Part shown: positions 1 through 9,096 of the stretch, piece by piece | How the letters are laid out: the number at the start of each line of letters is the position of its first letter | Position numbering within the stretch: the first letter of the stretch is position 1 | NCBI GenBank assembly: GCA_020632335.1 | Contig: JACKFV010000001.1 | Span: forward strand, 360,001-392,000 | DNA length: 32,000 nt | Direction of reading: 5' to 3' | DNA from: Candidatus Saccharimonadota bacterium | GTDB taxonomy: Bacteria; Patescibacteriota; Gracilibacteria; UBA4473 | The notes under the pieces: model-generated | The model's database searches: none | Seen by the model: the letters and a program-made list of their open reading frames with translations, nothing else | Told to the model about the DNA's origin: nothing | Program-made: the position numbers and the translations under genes

Positions 1-68
1 CAAAAAAGCCCGCCATGTGCGGGTTATTCAGCTGGATGAGATGTGGCACTATGTGGGTAAAAAAAACG
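1..68 (+). mobile_element. Truncated second copy of the IS1-family element (internal transposase segment, runs off the left window edge)
   Basis: nt 1-68 are the reverse complement of nt 424-491 of the adjacent complete IS (67/68 identical, mismatch at nt 49). They encode ..KKARHVRVIQLDEMWHYVGKK plus the same A8 run on the + strand. Homology stops abruptly at nt 68/69, where the terminal IR of the complete copy begins. Confidence 0.6.
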
Positions 69-419
69 GGCATTGGCACTAAAATATAGATAATACAGGG
101 GCGAAGAAAAAAGCCAGAGCGTGCTGGATACCATGGCAACACTCTTTGAGTAGCAGAGAGTTTTTCTATGGAATCGAGCGAGATAATGCCGCACTCTGCA
201 GTTGGCCGACTCGATGCGTTGGGTGTGTTTTTTCCCGATGAGGTGCTGGCTTGGGGGCAGGATTTTTCGGTACACTTTCCAACTATCAGTCGCATAAAAG
301 TCGCACTGGATGTGGCTTATTTGGTCTAGGAGTCTTCGGAGCGTCTTGCTTCCTCGGCTCCCAATTTCGAACCCGAGGACCTCTCCTGTGTCCGCGCAAA
401 GAGCAATCCAAATCCACAA
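24..419 (-). CDS. IS1 InsB-like DDE transposase core (-1 frame relative to InsA-like frame)
   Basis: WIWIALCADTGEVLGFEIGSRG..CDFYATDSWKVY..HTQRIESANCRVRHYLARFHRKTLCYSKSV is colinear with IS1 InsB (second Asp and Glu regions). The listed Met is an internal TTG. The frame is entered by a -1 shift on A8 and stays open through the terminal IR, with its stop at 24-26 outside the element. Confidence 0.8.
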   Translation of the reverse strand: MWIWIALCADTGEVLGFEIGSRGSKTLRRLLDQISHIQCDFYATDSWKVYRKILPPSQHLIGKKHTQRIESANCRVRHYLARFHRKTLCYSKSVAMVSSTLWLFSSPLYYLYFSANARFFYPHSATSHPAE

Positions 420-798
420 TTTTCGTTTTTTTTACCCACATAATGCCACATCTCATCCAGCTGAATAACCCGCACATGGCGGGCTTTTTTGTCAATCGGA
501 AACTGCTTTTGCATCTGACTCGCGTAGCGTTTTATCCACTGCTGCACGCTCTGATGGCTCACATTTAAGAGGGCTGCGATTCTCCTAAATCCGAGCCCAT
601 TCATATATAATACGCAGGCCAAAAGTTTGAGCACAGGCGGCACAAACCCTTTATAGGACTGCGTAAAGTGGCACCCACACTTCTTACATTCGTATCGTTG
701 TTTGTCTCGTATCTTCCCTGATTTTCTGTTTTCCGTTGCCGTACAGTTTGGACATTTCATACTCTCACTCTACTTCTCTATACTAAATTGCCAAGTCC
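69..798 (-). mobile_element. IS1-family insertion sequence, complete copy (730 bp)
   Basis: Ends were defined by comparison with the second copy at 8591-8960. Termini GGCATTGGCACTAAAATATAGATAAT (69-94) and the revcomp of 773-798 (GGACTTGGCAATTTAGTATAGAGAAG) match 18/26 as imperfect terminal inverted repeats. The interior carries InsA-like and InsB-like frames joined at an A8 run. Confidence 0.85.
326..760 (-). CDS. IS1 InsA-like protein (zinc finger + HTH), upstream frame of the transposase
   Basis: MKCPNCTATENRKSGKIRDKQRYECKKCGCHF is a CxxC...CxxC zinc finger. It is followed by an HTH-like segment (FRRIAALLNVSHQSVQQWIKRY) and the first catalytic Asp region QLDEMWHYVGKK. The frame leaves homology right after the A8 run (426-433). 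Confidence 0.8.
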   Translation of the reverse strand: MKCPNCTATENRKSGKIRDKQRYECKKCGCHFTQSYKGFVPPVLKLLACVLYMNGLGFRRIAALLNVSHQSVQQWIKRYASQMQKQFPIDKKARHVRVIQLDEMWHYVGKKNENCGFGLLFARTQERSSGSKLGAEEARRSEDS

Positions 799-998
799 AT
801 TTATTTATCACCTTTTAAAAATTTACTGTTTCTATTATATTCAATACAGTATTATTTCGTTAGGTTTTTTAGTTTTGATGTATTACTAGGTATCTTATCG
901 AGGAATCTGAAAATGTGATAACCTGTGATATGCGTACTACCAGAAATAGTAAACCAGAGACACAGCAAAACGTGCACTTTTTAGATTAGAAGCGCTCT

Positions 999-1628
999 CT
1001 AGGCGTCACGCTTACGCAGCACGGTGTCAATGATGCCGCTCTTCCCGTATGCCGCGGCCTCAGGCGCGGTGAGGTAGTTGTCGCGGTCCATATCGCGCAC
1101 TATCTTGTCATAGTCGTCCTCACCCGTGCGCTGCATCACTATCCGATAGAGTTTCTCACGGGTGCTGAGCAGGTGCCGCGTATGGATCTCTATATCGCTT
1201 GCCTGGCCACTCAGCCCCCCACCCCCTATAAGCGGCTGGTGGATGAGGATCTCGCTATTCGGCAGAGCGTAACGCTTCCCTGGGGCACCGCACATCAGCA
1301 ACATGCTCCCCATGCTGGCCGCTAGCCCCACGCAGATGGTCGCCACATCGGGCTTGATAAAGTCCATCACGTCAATGATCGCCATGCCCGCAGAGATACT
1401 CCCCCCAGGGGAATTAATATACAGTGTGATGTCCTTGCTGCTATCCACCGACTCGAGAAAGAGCAGCTGCGCAATGATGAGATTGGCCATGTCATCTCCC
1501 ACCGGCCCGGTAGCAAAGACAATTCGGTCCTTCAGCAGGCGGCTGAAAATATCATACGAGCGCTCTCCCAGGGGGGTTTTCTCCACCACCATGGGGACGA
1601 GCTGGTTCTGGAAAGGGTCTGTAGACAT
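999..1628 (-). CDS. clpP: ATP-dependent Clp protease proteolytic subunit
   Basis: [28 protein letters not shown], Ser motif [11 protein letters not shown], His motif ILIHQPL and Asp in MDRDNY. The ATG at 1628 is preferred over the GTG at 1667 because TATAGT lies 6 nt upstream of it. Confidence 0.9.
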   Translation of the reverse strand: MSTDPFQNQLVPMVVEKTPLGERSYDIFSRLLKDRIVFATGPVGDDMANLIIAQLLFLESVDSSKDITLYINSPGGSISAGMAIIDVMDFIKPDVATICVGLAASMGSMLLMCGAPGKRYALPNSEILIHQPLIGGGGLSGQASDIEIHTRHLLSTREKLYRIVMQRTGEDDYDKIVRDMDRDNYLTAPEAAAYGKSGIIDTVLRKRDA

Positions 1629-1661
1629 GCCCCCACTATAGCAAATCTCGACCAGATGCAA
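1629..1661 (-). promoter_or_regulatory. Candidate clpP promoter, leaderless type
   Basis: Minus strand reads TTGCAT(1661-1656)-15 nt-TATAGT(1640-1635)-6 nt-ATG(1628). The spacer is short, so the -35 assignment is weak. Confidence 0.4.
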
Positions 1662-1703
1662 CACCACAAGCCCCTTGTAATACCCGTAAAATATGGCACT
1701 ATA

Positions 1704-3068
1704 CTAGTTTGCCCGGTACTGTATCTGCAGGTTTTTGCCGTTGTAGTCGCGGTCTATGCTCTCGGCCAGCAGCGGCTGGAGGTTGGGGGGGAGCATCTCC
1801 TGCAGCTGGAGGAGGAACTGGAGGGATTCTTCACTGGTGGGCAGCGCACGCAGCAGGTCGCTCATGGCTCGTATTTGCTCCAGCTGGAGGGGACTGGTGA
1901 GGATCTGCCCCACGGCCTGCTGCAGGTACTGCTGCTGCAGGTACTGGATGTCTGGCCACTGGCTCAAGCTCACCACCTGCTGCAACTGCCCCAGCACCAC
2001 ATAGGCGTCGTAGGGCCTCACGCCCGTCTCTTGGTAGGCCGCGGGCAGGCGCCGGAGCGACTGCAGGGTACTGAGCAGCGTACTGGTAGCGTGTACTGAC
2101 TGCGTAAGTCCCTCATTCTCAGCAGGAATAAACGAGAGCACCAGGTCACGCAGGGCTTCGTCATTCAGCAGTGCGGTGTCATACTGCACCACGCTCCGGC
2201 CCTGGAGGATACTGGCGATGGTCGCAAAACTCGCCCGCGCTGACTCTATCAGCGTTGCCCTCTCTACGGGGCTCAGCACCGAAAGCTGCGAGAGCAGCGC
2301 CAGGCTCTTAGACCGGGTGATGGTGAGTAGCTGCATGACCTGCTGCTGTATCTCCGGTGTGATCTCGCCGGTCATCTGCTCCCGCTGAGGGATCTCGGCA
2401 AAGCTGGTATCCTCTCGCAGCGTCAGGTACATGCCGGCCTCCAGCGGTACCTCTTGCCCAGCGGTGTCGCGTACCACAGCGCTGCCCTCTAGCACCCGGG
2501 TGATGATGTCTCCCGTCTCGCCCTCATTCATCCGCAGCTGCGCTTTGCTCGCGCTCACGGTACCCCGCTCAGTCTCTATCACTATAGGAGCCCGCACCAC
2601 CACCCCTAAGCTCCCCGACCGCAGCCGTACCTGCGTCTGACTCACCATAAGGAGCTCGCCCTGCTGGCTAATAGTATAGGTAGCCGCCGGAGTAACAATC
2701 TCGCTATAGCCCTCGGCCGTCACGCTCAGGCTATCTCCGCTCTGCACCGTGCCACTGTAGCGCCGTTCAGCCAGGCTCTGCCCATCACGCAGCACGATGA
2801 CGTCTCGCCCCGTGGCCGTGCCCACCGTTACCGGGCGAGGCGTCAGTAGCGGGTACACCAGTAGTATGGCCGCTATCGTCAGCGCCAGGTAGCCCATGGG
2901 CTTGCTGAAAATCGCATAGAAGAGCCGCTCAGCTCGCCGCTGGGTCGTCCGCAGGCGCACGGCCGTGTCTATCCGGTGCAGTACGCGGTCTTGCACGCGG
3001 GTGTCTGCCGCGATGGTCAGCGTGCTGTAATAGCTCTCTAGATGCCGCTCGAGGTCACTCAGTTGCAT
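1704..3068 (-). CDS. Membrane protein with one TM helix and a FecR-like extracytoplasmic domain (function unknown)
   Basis: The TM segment is PMGYLALTIAAILLVYPLLT. A beta-rich segment (GDSLSVTAEGYSEIV..LRSGSLGVVV..TERGTVSASKAQLRM..VLEGSAVVRD) resembles FecR/anti-sigma sensor domains, and the C-terminal half is Q/L-rich. The start is taken at ATG 3068, which overlaps the upstream stop as ATGcaacTGA. The longer ORF to 3164 would overlap the GT2 gene by 106 nt. Confidence 0.55.
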   Translation of the reverse strand: MQLSDLERHLESYYSTLTIAADTRVQDRVLHRIDTAVRLRTTQRRAERLFYAIFSKPMGYLALTIAAILLVYPLLTPRPVTVGTATGRDVIVLRDGQSLAERRYSGTVQSGDSLSVTAEGYSEIVTPAATYTISQQGELLMVSQTQVRLRSGSLGVVVRAPIVIETERGTVSASKAQLRMNEGETGDIITRVLEGSAVVRDTAGQEVPLEAGMYLTLREDTSFAEIPQREQMTGEITPEIQQQVMQLLTITRSKSLALLSQLSVLSPVERATLIESARASFATIASILQGRSVVQYDTALLNDEALRDLVLSFIPAENEGLTQSVHATSTLLSTLQSLRRLPAAYQETGVRPYDAYVVLGQLQQVVSLSQWPDIQYLQQQYLQQAVGQILTSPLQLEQIRAMSDLLRALPTSEESLQFLLQLQEMLPPNLQPLLAESIDRDYNGKNLQIQYRAN

Positions 3069-3865
3069 AGCTGGGGAGGGGTAATGGGAGGGTTGGGCTG
3101 GCCACGGTACTTCCAGAAGTACTTCAGCCCGCTCAGCACATGGTACCAGAATACCCGTTTCCACATCGCCGTAAAGATGCTATCGCGCCCCGTCAGCCGA
3201 TGCTCACCATGTGTGGCCCTGGCGCTGGGTACCTGCAGCACCTGCCCCCCCGCCTGCCAGCAACGTCGGCAGAGATCAATATCCTCGAAAAAGAGAAAAA
3301 ATTGCGGATCAAACCCCCCCAGGCTGATAAAGGTCTCCCTCCGCAGGAGCAAAAAACTCCCCTGAGCCCACCCCACCGAGGTAATAGGCACCTCCCCCTC
3401 CCGCGAGAAATGCGGGTACTGGCGCAGGACTCGGCGGCGTACTTTCTCCCAGAAGGTGGGCAGGCTATAGGCATTCTCGAGGGGTTTCCCATCAGCGTCG
3501 TCCAGCACCGGGCACACAATGGTATGGGGGAGGAGCGACCGCTCCAGCACCGCCATGAGCATGGGCAGCGTGCTCGTGTCCAGCTGGATGTCTGGATTCA
3601 CCAGCACGATGTACTCCCCCTCGGCCATCTGCACCCCGACGTTATTGGCCTGCCCAAAACCACAGTTACGCTGCAGCGGTATGCAGTGCGTGTGGGGCGC
3701 CATACTGGCAAAGTGCTGCACTGCGTGCTGCTCTCGCTCTGAGCTGTAGTTGTCGACGATGATCCACTCCCAGGAGTAGCCCTGGAGGTTCTGCAGACTC
3801 ACCCGGAGTTTCTCCAGCTGGTAGATCCGCGCGTAATTGACCGTGATAATGCTGAACTGTGGCAT
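3059..3865 (-). CDS. Family 2 glycosyltransferase
   Basis: FSIITVNY..WEWIIVDNYSS..GFGQANNVGVQMAEGEYIVLVNPD..FLFFEDIDLCRR is the GT-A/GT2 layout (DxD-like VNPD, ED motif). Start ATG 3865 (MPQFSIITVNY) is supported by the promoter just upstream. Confidence 0.8.
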   Translation of the reverse strand: MPQFSIITVNYARIYQLEKLRVSLQNLQGYSWEWIIVDNYSSEREQHAVQHFASMAPHTHCIPLQRNCGFGQANNVGVQMAEGEYIVLVNPDIQLDTSTLPMLMAVLERSLLPHTIVCPVLDDADGKPLENAYSLPTFWEKVRRRVLRQYPHFSREGEVPITSVGWAQGSFLLLRRETFISLGGFDPQFFLFFEDIDLCRRCWQAGGQVLQVPSARATHGEHRLTGRDSIFTAMWKRVFWYHVLSGLKYFWKYRGQPNPPITPPQLCN

Positions 3866-3901
3866 GCCCCCCCAGTGTAGAGACGCTCTGCCCAGTGGCA
3901 A
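3866..3901 (-). promoter_or_regulatory. Candidate promoter of GT2 / FecR-like gene pair
   Basis: Minus strand reads TTGCCA(3901-3896)-16 nt-TACACT(3879-3874)-8 nt-ATG(3865). Confidence 0.45.
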
Positions 3902-3922
3902 TACAAACCGCAAAGGGCTGCT

Positions 3923-4432
3923 CTAGTCGAGGGATGACAAGAGGAAGAGGGTGCCGTTGCGTGTGGTGATCTTCTCGGCGTCTTTCGGCACCACAGAGGG
4001 GTTCATGTGCTCAGCGATGAAGGCCTGTATCCCGGCTCTGGTACTGAGGTACCGGGTGCGATCCTCGGTGCTGAGGGCCGCCAGCGCTGCATTGGTAGGC
4101 ACGGTCAGCACGGTGTTGCTGTCTTGCTCCAGCTGCGTGAGGACCTCCGGGCTATACACCAGTAGCGCTGCAAAGCCGCTCGTGCTGGGCATATCCTGCA
4201 CCAGGGCCGCTAGAGTACGATTCTCGGATCGCAGAAATGCCGGCACCTCCCCCTGGGTGATGATCTGCGGGTTGCCCGCGGTGTCTTCTACCGGGTATTC
4301 TATGCCCTGCTCTGCGGAGGGAGTGGAGACATCCTGAGCTTCTGAGAGGGGGATATCAGCTTCTTTCTTCGTACAGCCCGTCACCAGTAGCACGAGCGAG
4401 AAGAGCAGTATTATACGTCGCAGCAGTATCAT
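3923..4432 (-). CDS. Lipoprotein with fasciclin (FAS1)-like domain
   Basis: Signal peptide with lipobox MILLRRIILLFSLVLLVTGC. TVLTVPTNAALAAL...IAEHMNP resembles the FAS1 H1/H2 pattern. It starts 8 nt after the VanW-like stop. Confidence 0.6.
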   Translation of the reverse strand: MILLRRIILLFSLVLLVTGCTKKEADIPLSEAQDVSTPSAEQGIEYPVEDTAGNPQIITQGEVPAFLRSENRTLAALVQDMPSTSGFAALLVYSPEVLTQLEQDSNTVLTVPTNAALAALSTEDRTRYLSTRAGIQAFIAEHMNPSVVPKDAEKITTRNGTLFLLSSLD

Positions 4433-4440
4433 AAGCGTGG

Positions 4441-5493
4441 TTAGAGGTAGTTCTGGCCCCGGTAGCGGCTGGTGAAGGTCTCGTCAGTTGCCTCGCCGTA
4501 GAAGGGCGTGACGGTGCGTCGCCAGCTGGTAGTCAACCCGTTCCACTTATTCCCAGACCGGCTCGTCCGCTCAGCCTGCACTACAGCAAAGGGCGTGCCA
4601 TATGCGAGGGTGTAGATCTGGTTCTCGCGCATCACCACCTGTAGCAGCACGGGGTTACCCGAGGTGTTGGTAAATACCATGTCGGGCGAGCCCGTGTAGG
4701 TAGTGGCGTCCATGCCGTCCAGGTAGTACTCGGGGTACCAGTAGGTGTGGTTGCGGCGCTCGTTTATCTGTAGCCCGGTGTTGAAGGCCACCTGGTAGGC
4801 CGCCGTGGAACTCTGGCAGACCCCCCCGCCTATGCCCCACTGCTCGGCGCTATTGAGGATAATCTTCGTGCGTTTGTAGCCCGTGCGCGCGCTCACTTCC
4901 CCGATGAGATGGTTATAACTCACCCGCTGCCCCGGCGCCACCCAGAGGCCGTCCAGCACCTGCATGGCCAGGGCGATATTGTCCTTGCGGTCGGGGCTCC
5001 AGTCGGTGAAGGTCTGGTAGCTCACCCCAATGAGCTCTTGTACGCCTGCTGCGCGTAGTGAGGGGTCACTCACCGAGTGGCTTACGGCCCCCAGTACATC
5101 GGGTAACGCCACATACTGCTCGTGCTGGTCTACATAGGTTTTAATGCTGTCCAGAAGCTCCACCGGCACGGTAAACCCTCGATAGTACTGCTGGCCATTA
5201 CTGGCGGTCTCCAGCACGGGGGGCTCAGGGGTAACGGGCACAGGAGGCGCCTGCGGCACCACTATGTGCGGTTTGGGCGCCACGATGGGGCTGGTGCTCC
5301 GCGGGACGGCCCGAGTACCAGACTTCCGCACAATGCGCAGCGGCGTACTGGCAGCCTGCGCCACCACGATATTTACATCGGCAAAGACGGGCATATAGCG
5401 TGCTGTGGGTACCTTAGCCATAGCCGAAGAGCTCCCCTCCAGCAAGAGGAGGAGCGCACCGAGCAGCGCGGTAGTAGTGTGGCGGAAGGTCAT
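4441..5493 (-). CDS. VanW-like secreted protein
   Basis: N-terminal signal peptide (ALLGALLLLLEGSSSAMA). The VanW core is GIGGGVCQSSTAAYQVAFNTGLQINERRNHTYWYPEYY..GMDATTY..DMVFTNTSGNPVLL. Confidence 0.8.
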   Translation of the reverse strand: MTFRHTTTALLGALLLLLEGSSSAMAKVPTARYMPVFADVNIVVAQAASTPLRIVRKSGTRAVPRSTSPIVAPKPHIVVPQAPPVPVTPEPPVLETASNGQQYYRGFTVPVELLDSIKTYVDQHEQYVALPDVLGAVSHSVSDPSLRAAGVQELIGVSYQTFTDWSPDRKDNIALAMQVLDGLWVAPGQRVSYNHLIGEVSARTGYKRTKIILNSAEQWGIGGGVCQSSTAAYQVAFNTGLQINERRNHTYWYPEYYLDGMDATTYTGSPDMVFTNTSGNPVLLQVVMRENQIYTLAYGTPFAVVQAERTSRSGNKWNGLTTSWRRTVTPFYGEATDETFTSRYRGQNYL

Positions 5494-5528
5494 CGTGCTA
5501 GTATGACATATTTTTTAGGGTATGTACA
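5494..5528 (-). promoter_or_regulatory. Candidate VanW-operon promoter, leaderless type
   Basis: Minus strand reads TGTACA(5528-5523)-17 nt-CATACT(5505-5500)-6 nt-ATG(5493). Confidence 0.4.
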
Positions 5529-5540
5529 GCAGACCTCCCC

Positions 5541-5575
5541 TTGTACTTTCTCTGCAAGAGCGGTATGATGAGGCT
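5541..5575 (+). promoter_or_regulatory. Candidate promoter of membrane-protein gene, leaderless type
   Basis: TTGTAC(5541-5546)-17 nt-TATGAT(5564-5569)-6 nt-ATG(5576). It is divergent from the VanW promoter. Confidence 0.45.
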
Positions 5576-6547
5576 ATGCTGCAGCGTCTCTTATACTCAG
5601 TGGTAGTGGCTTGTGGAGTTTTTTTTGCGGGATTTACAGTGAGCGCGCAGACGCCCCCACCCATCAACGCCACACATCTGCCACTCTATGGAGCGAAGAA
5701 TACGGAGATTACCCCTACCGGTGACGCCAAGATCGTGGTCTCCAACTGGGACCCGATCCTCACGCATAATATTCTGGCGCGGCAGATGTCGTGGTTTAAT
5801 ACTGAGGATCTGCTAACGGAAGACGCGCTCTTATCCAAAAATCTGATCGGTATTGTGAATATGATGATAGGTGTAGTGGGTATTTTATACCTCATGATCA
5901 TCGCGGCGCAGATGGTCTTCACCCTCGACCCAGACAGCAACACCGACTACCGCGAGCACTTCCTCTACGTCATCCTCGGGCTTATGCTGGTGAGTCTGGC
6001 GGAGGTACTGGTGTTCCGCGTGCTTGACCCCAGTACCCGAGATATCCTTCGCAGCGACGCGTCGTTTAACTTCCGCACCATCGTCAACGACCTGGTGACC
6101 TACCTGCAGTACGTGGTGGTGGGGTTCATTGTGGTGTCGGGGATTATCACTGGCTATACCATGCTGATGGGGACGGACACCGACACCGGGCAAGAGAAGC
6201 TCACGGGGTTTATTCGCTCGGTGGTCATCGGTGGCGGGGTCATTCTCTTTGCGGAGATCATTGTGGTGGCGCTGGGCATGCCAGATGTAACCGGCTCCAA
6301 CGCAGGCGCAGTAGCGCAGAGTACCTGGACGCGGCTGGTGACGCAGATCGTCGGGGTGACCAACTTCCTCCTGACCTTTATCACGCTCGCTGGGGTGGGG
6401 GTGACGATCCTCTCCGCCGTGTATTACCTCACCGCTGGGGCTGATGAGACCCGTAAGCAGATGGCGCTCCGGGTCATTCGTAATGCCATCATCGCGGTGG
6501 TGCTCTCGCTCAGTGCCTATGCCCTGGTGAATTTTCTATTTATCTAG
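5576..6547 (+). CDS. Polytopic membrane protein, unknown function
   Basis: Signal-like N-terminus MLQRLLYSVVVACGVFFAGFTVSAQ followed by at least five hydrophobic helices. No motif recognised. Start 5576 is preferred over 5522 on promoter geometry. Confidence 0.65.
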   Translation: MLQRLLYSVVVACGVFFAGFTVSAQTPPPINATHLPLYGAKNTEITPTGDAKIVVSNWDPILTHNILARQMSWFNTEDLLTEDALLSKNLIGIVNMMIGVVGILYLMIIAAQMVFTLDPDSNTDYREHFLYVILGLMLVSLAEVLVFRVLDPSTRDILRSDASFNFRTIVNDLVTYLQYVVVGFIVVSGIITGYTMLMGTDTDTGQEKLTGFIRSVVIGGGVILFAEIIVVALGMPDVTGSNAGAVAQSTWTRLVTQIVGVTNFLLTFITLAGVGVTILSAVYYLTAGADETRKQMALRVIRNAIIAVVLSLSAYALVNFLFI

Positions 6548-6561
6548 TTATCTCGGATTAT

Positions 6562-7918
<1,357 letters not shown>

Positions 7919-7953
7919 TAGGGACTGTGAACTTGGTATATAGAGCATTTCCA

Positions 7954-7981
7954 TTGACGTATAACATCCGATATTTATTGT
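7954..7981 (+). promoter_or_regulatory. Candidate promoter of CYTH gene
   Basis: TTGACG(7954-7959)-16 nt-TATTGT(7976-7981)-9 nt-ATG(7991). The -10 is weak. Confidence 0.3.
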
Positions 7982-7990
7982 ATCTGATAG

Positions 7991-8578
7991 ATGCATATAG
8001 AATTTGAAGCTGTTTTTAGTCCTATAGATGTTGTAGAGGTCCGCCATAAGCTTCGAGAAGCGCATGCTACCCTGGTACAGCCAGAGTTTTTGCAGTGTAG
8101 TCAGGTGTTTTTCCCTCCTGCCTCTGCACAGTTATCCAATAGTTGGATACGGGTACGAGAAGAGGCCAATCACATCACGCTGTCTTTGAAGGAAAAGCAA
8201 GAGGGTGAGCATATAGAAACCCAAAAAGAAATAGAAATCACCATCAATGATCGCACCAAAGGGAAGGCATTTTTAGAGAAAATAGGGTGTATCTGTAAAG
8301 CAGATCATCAGAAAAAAAGGGAAATCTGGCACCTCCGTGCCTGTGAAGTGGTTATAGACACTTGGCCATACCTGGAGCCATTTATAGAAATAGAAGGACC
8401 CGATGAAGCCTCTGTGAAAGAAGTAGCTCGGATTCTGGGGTTTTCTTGGTCTGATGCCAGATTCCATGCGGTAGATCAGCTCTATCATGAGTCCTACGGC
8501 ACCCCACACCAGGTCATTAACAACGAAACGCCCATCATTCACTTCGACGCCCCCAATCCCTTTCTCTCATCCTTATAG
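7991..8578 (+). CDS. CYTH-domain protein (CyaB / thiamine-triphosphatase-like fold)
   Basis: N-terminal HIEFEAVF (ExE of the ExExK signature, with the Lys position being Val). WIRVREE..ITLSLKEK..ETQKEIEITI..KKREIWHL..VVIDTWPYLEPFIEIEG is the typical CYTH strand pattern. The gene is visibly AT-richer than its neighbours. Confidence 0.7.
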   Translation: MHIEFEAVFSPIDVVEVRHKLREAHATLVQPEFLQCSQVFFPPASAQLSNSWIRVREEANHITLSLKEKQEGEHIETQKEIEITINDRTKGKAFLEKIGCICKADHQKKREIWHLRACEVVIDTWPYLEPFIEIEGPDEASVKEVARILGFSWSDARFHAVDQLYHESYGTPHQVINNETPIIHFDAPNPFLSSL

Positions 8579-8590
8579 AAAAAAGCATTC

Positions 8591-8960
8591 GGCATTGGCA
8601 CTAAAATATAGATAATACAGGGGCGAAGAAAAAAAGCCAGAGCGTGCTGGATACCATGGCAACACTCTTTGGGTAGCAGAGAGTTTTTCTCTAGAATCGA
8701 GCGAGATAATGCCGCACTCTGCAGTTGGCCGACTCGATGCGTTGGGTGTGTTTTTTCCCGATGAGGTGCTGGCTTGGGGGCAGGATTTTTTGGTACACTT
8801 TCCAGCTGTCAGTTGTAGAACTGCGTAAAGTGATACCCACACTTCTTACATTCGTATCGTTGTTTGCCTCGTATCTTCCCTGATTTTCTGTTTTCCGTTG
8901 CCGTGCAGTTTGGACATTTCATACTCCCACTCTACTTTTCTATACTAAATTGCCAATCCC
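8591..8960 (-). mobile_element. MITE-like internally deleted derivative of the IS1-family element
   Basis: 8591 to about 8814 is colinear with 69 to about 294 of the full copy, and about 8815-8960 with about 654-798. Roughly 360 bp of transposase interior is missing. Both terminal IRs are retained. It is flanked by the 8-bp direct repeat AAGCATTC (8583-8590 and 8961-8968). Confidence 0.8.
8809..8922 (-). pseudogene. Remnant 37-codon InsA zinc-finger ORF inside the MITE
   Basis: ATG at 8922. It translates to MKCPNCTATENRKSGKIRGKQRYECKKCGYHFTQFYN*, which is the intact CxxC..CxxC finger, then the deletion junction and a stop. Confidence 0.4.
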
Positions 8961-9096
8961 AAGCATTCTTCTGCCACCTGCAGGATTTCGTCTCCTCGGC
9001 GGAGCAGCACGTAGGCAGCGGGGATGAGTGTGAACTTCATGGAAGGGGAAAAGATATCTATAGCGTAGTGGCTGGAGTACTGAGCACAAGCGGCCT

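Noticed and set aside
1629-1667. Longer clpP start (GTG at 1667) with an AAGGGG-like element upstream
   Set aside because: It adds 13 non-conserved residues. The ATG at 1628 gives a normal ClpP N-terminus and has the genome-typical TATAGT-6-ATG geometry. The GTG start remains possible.
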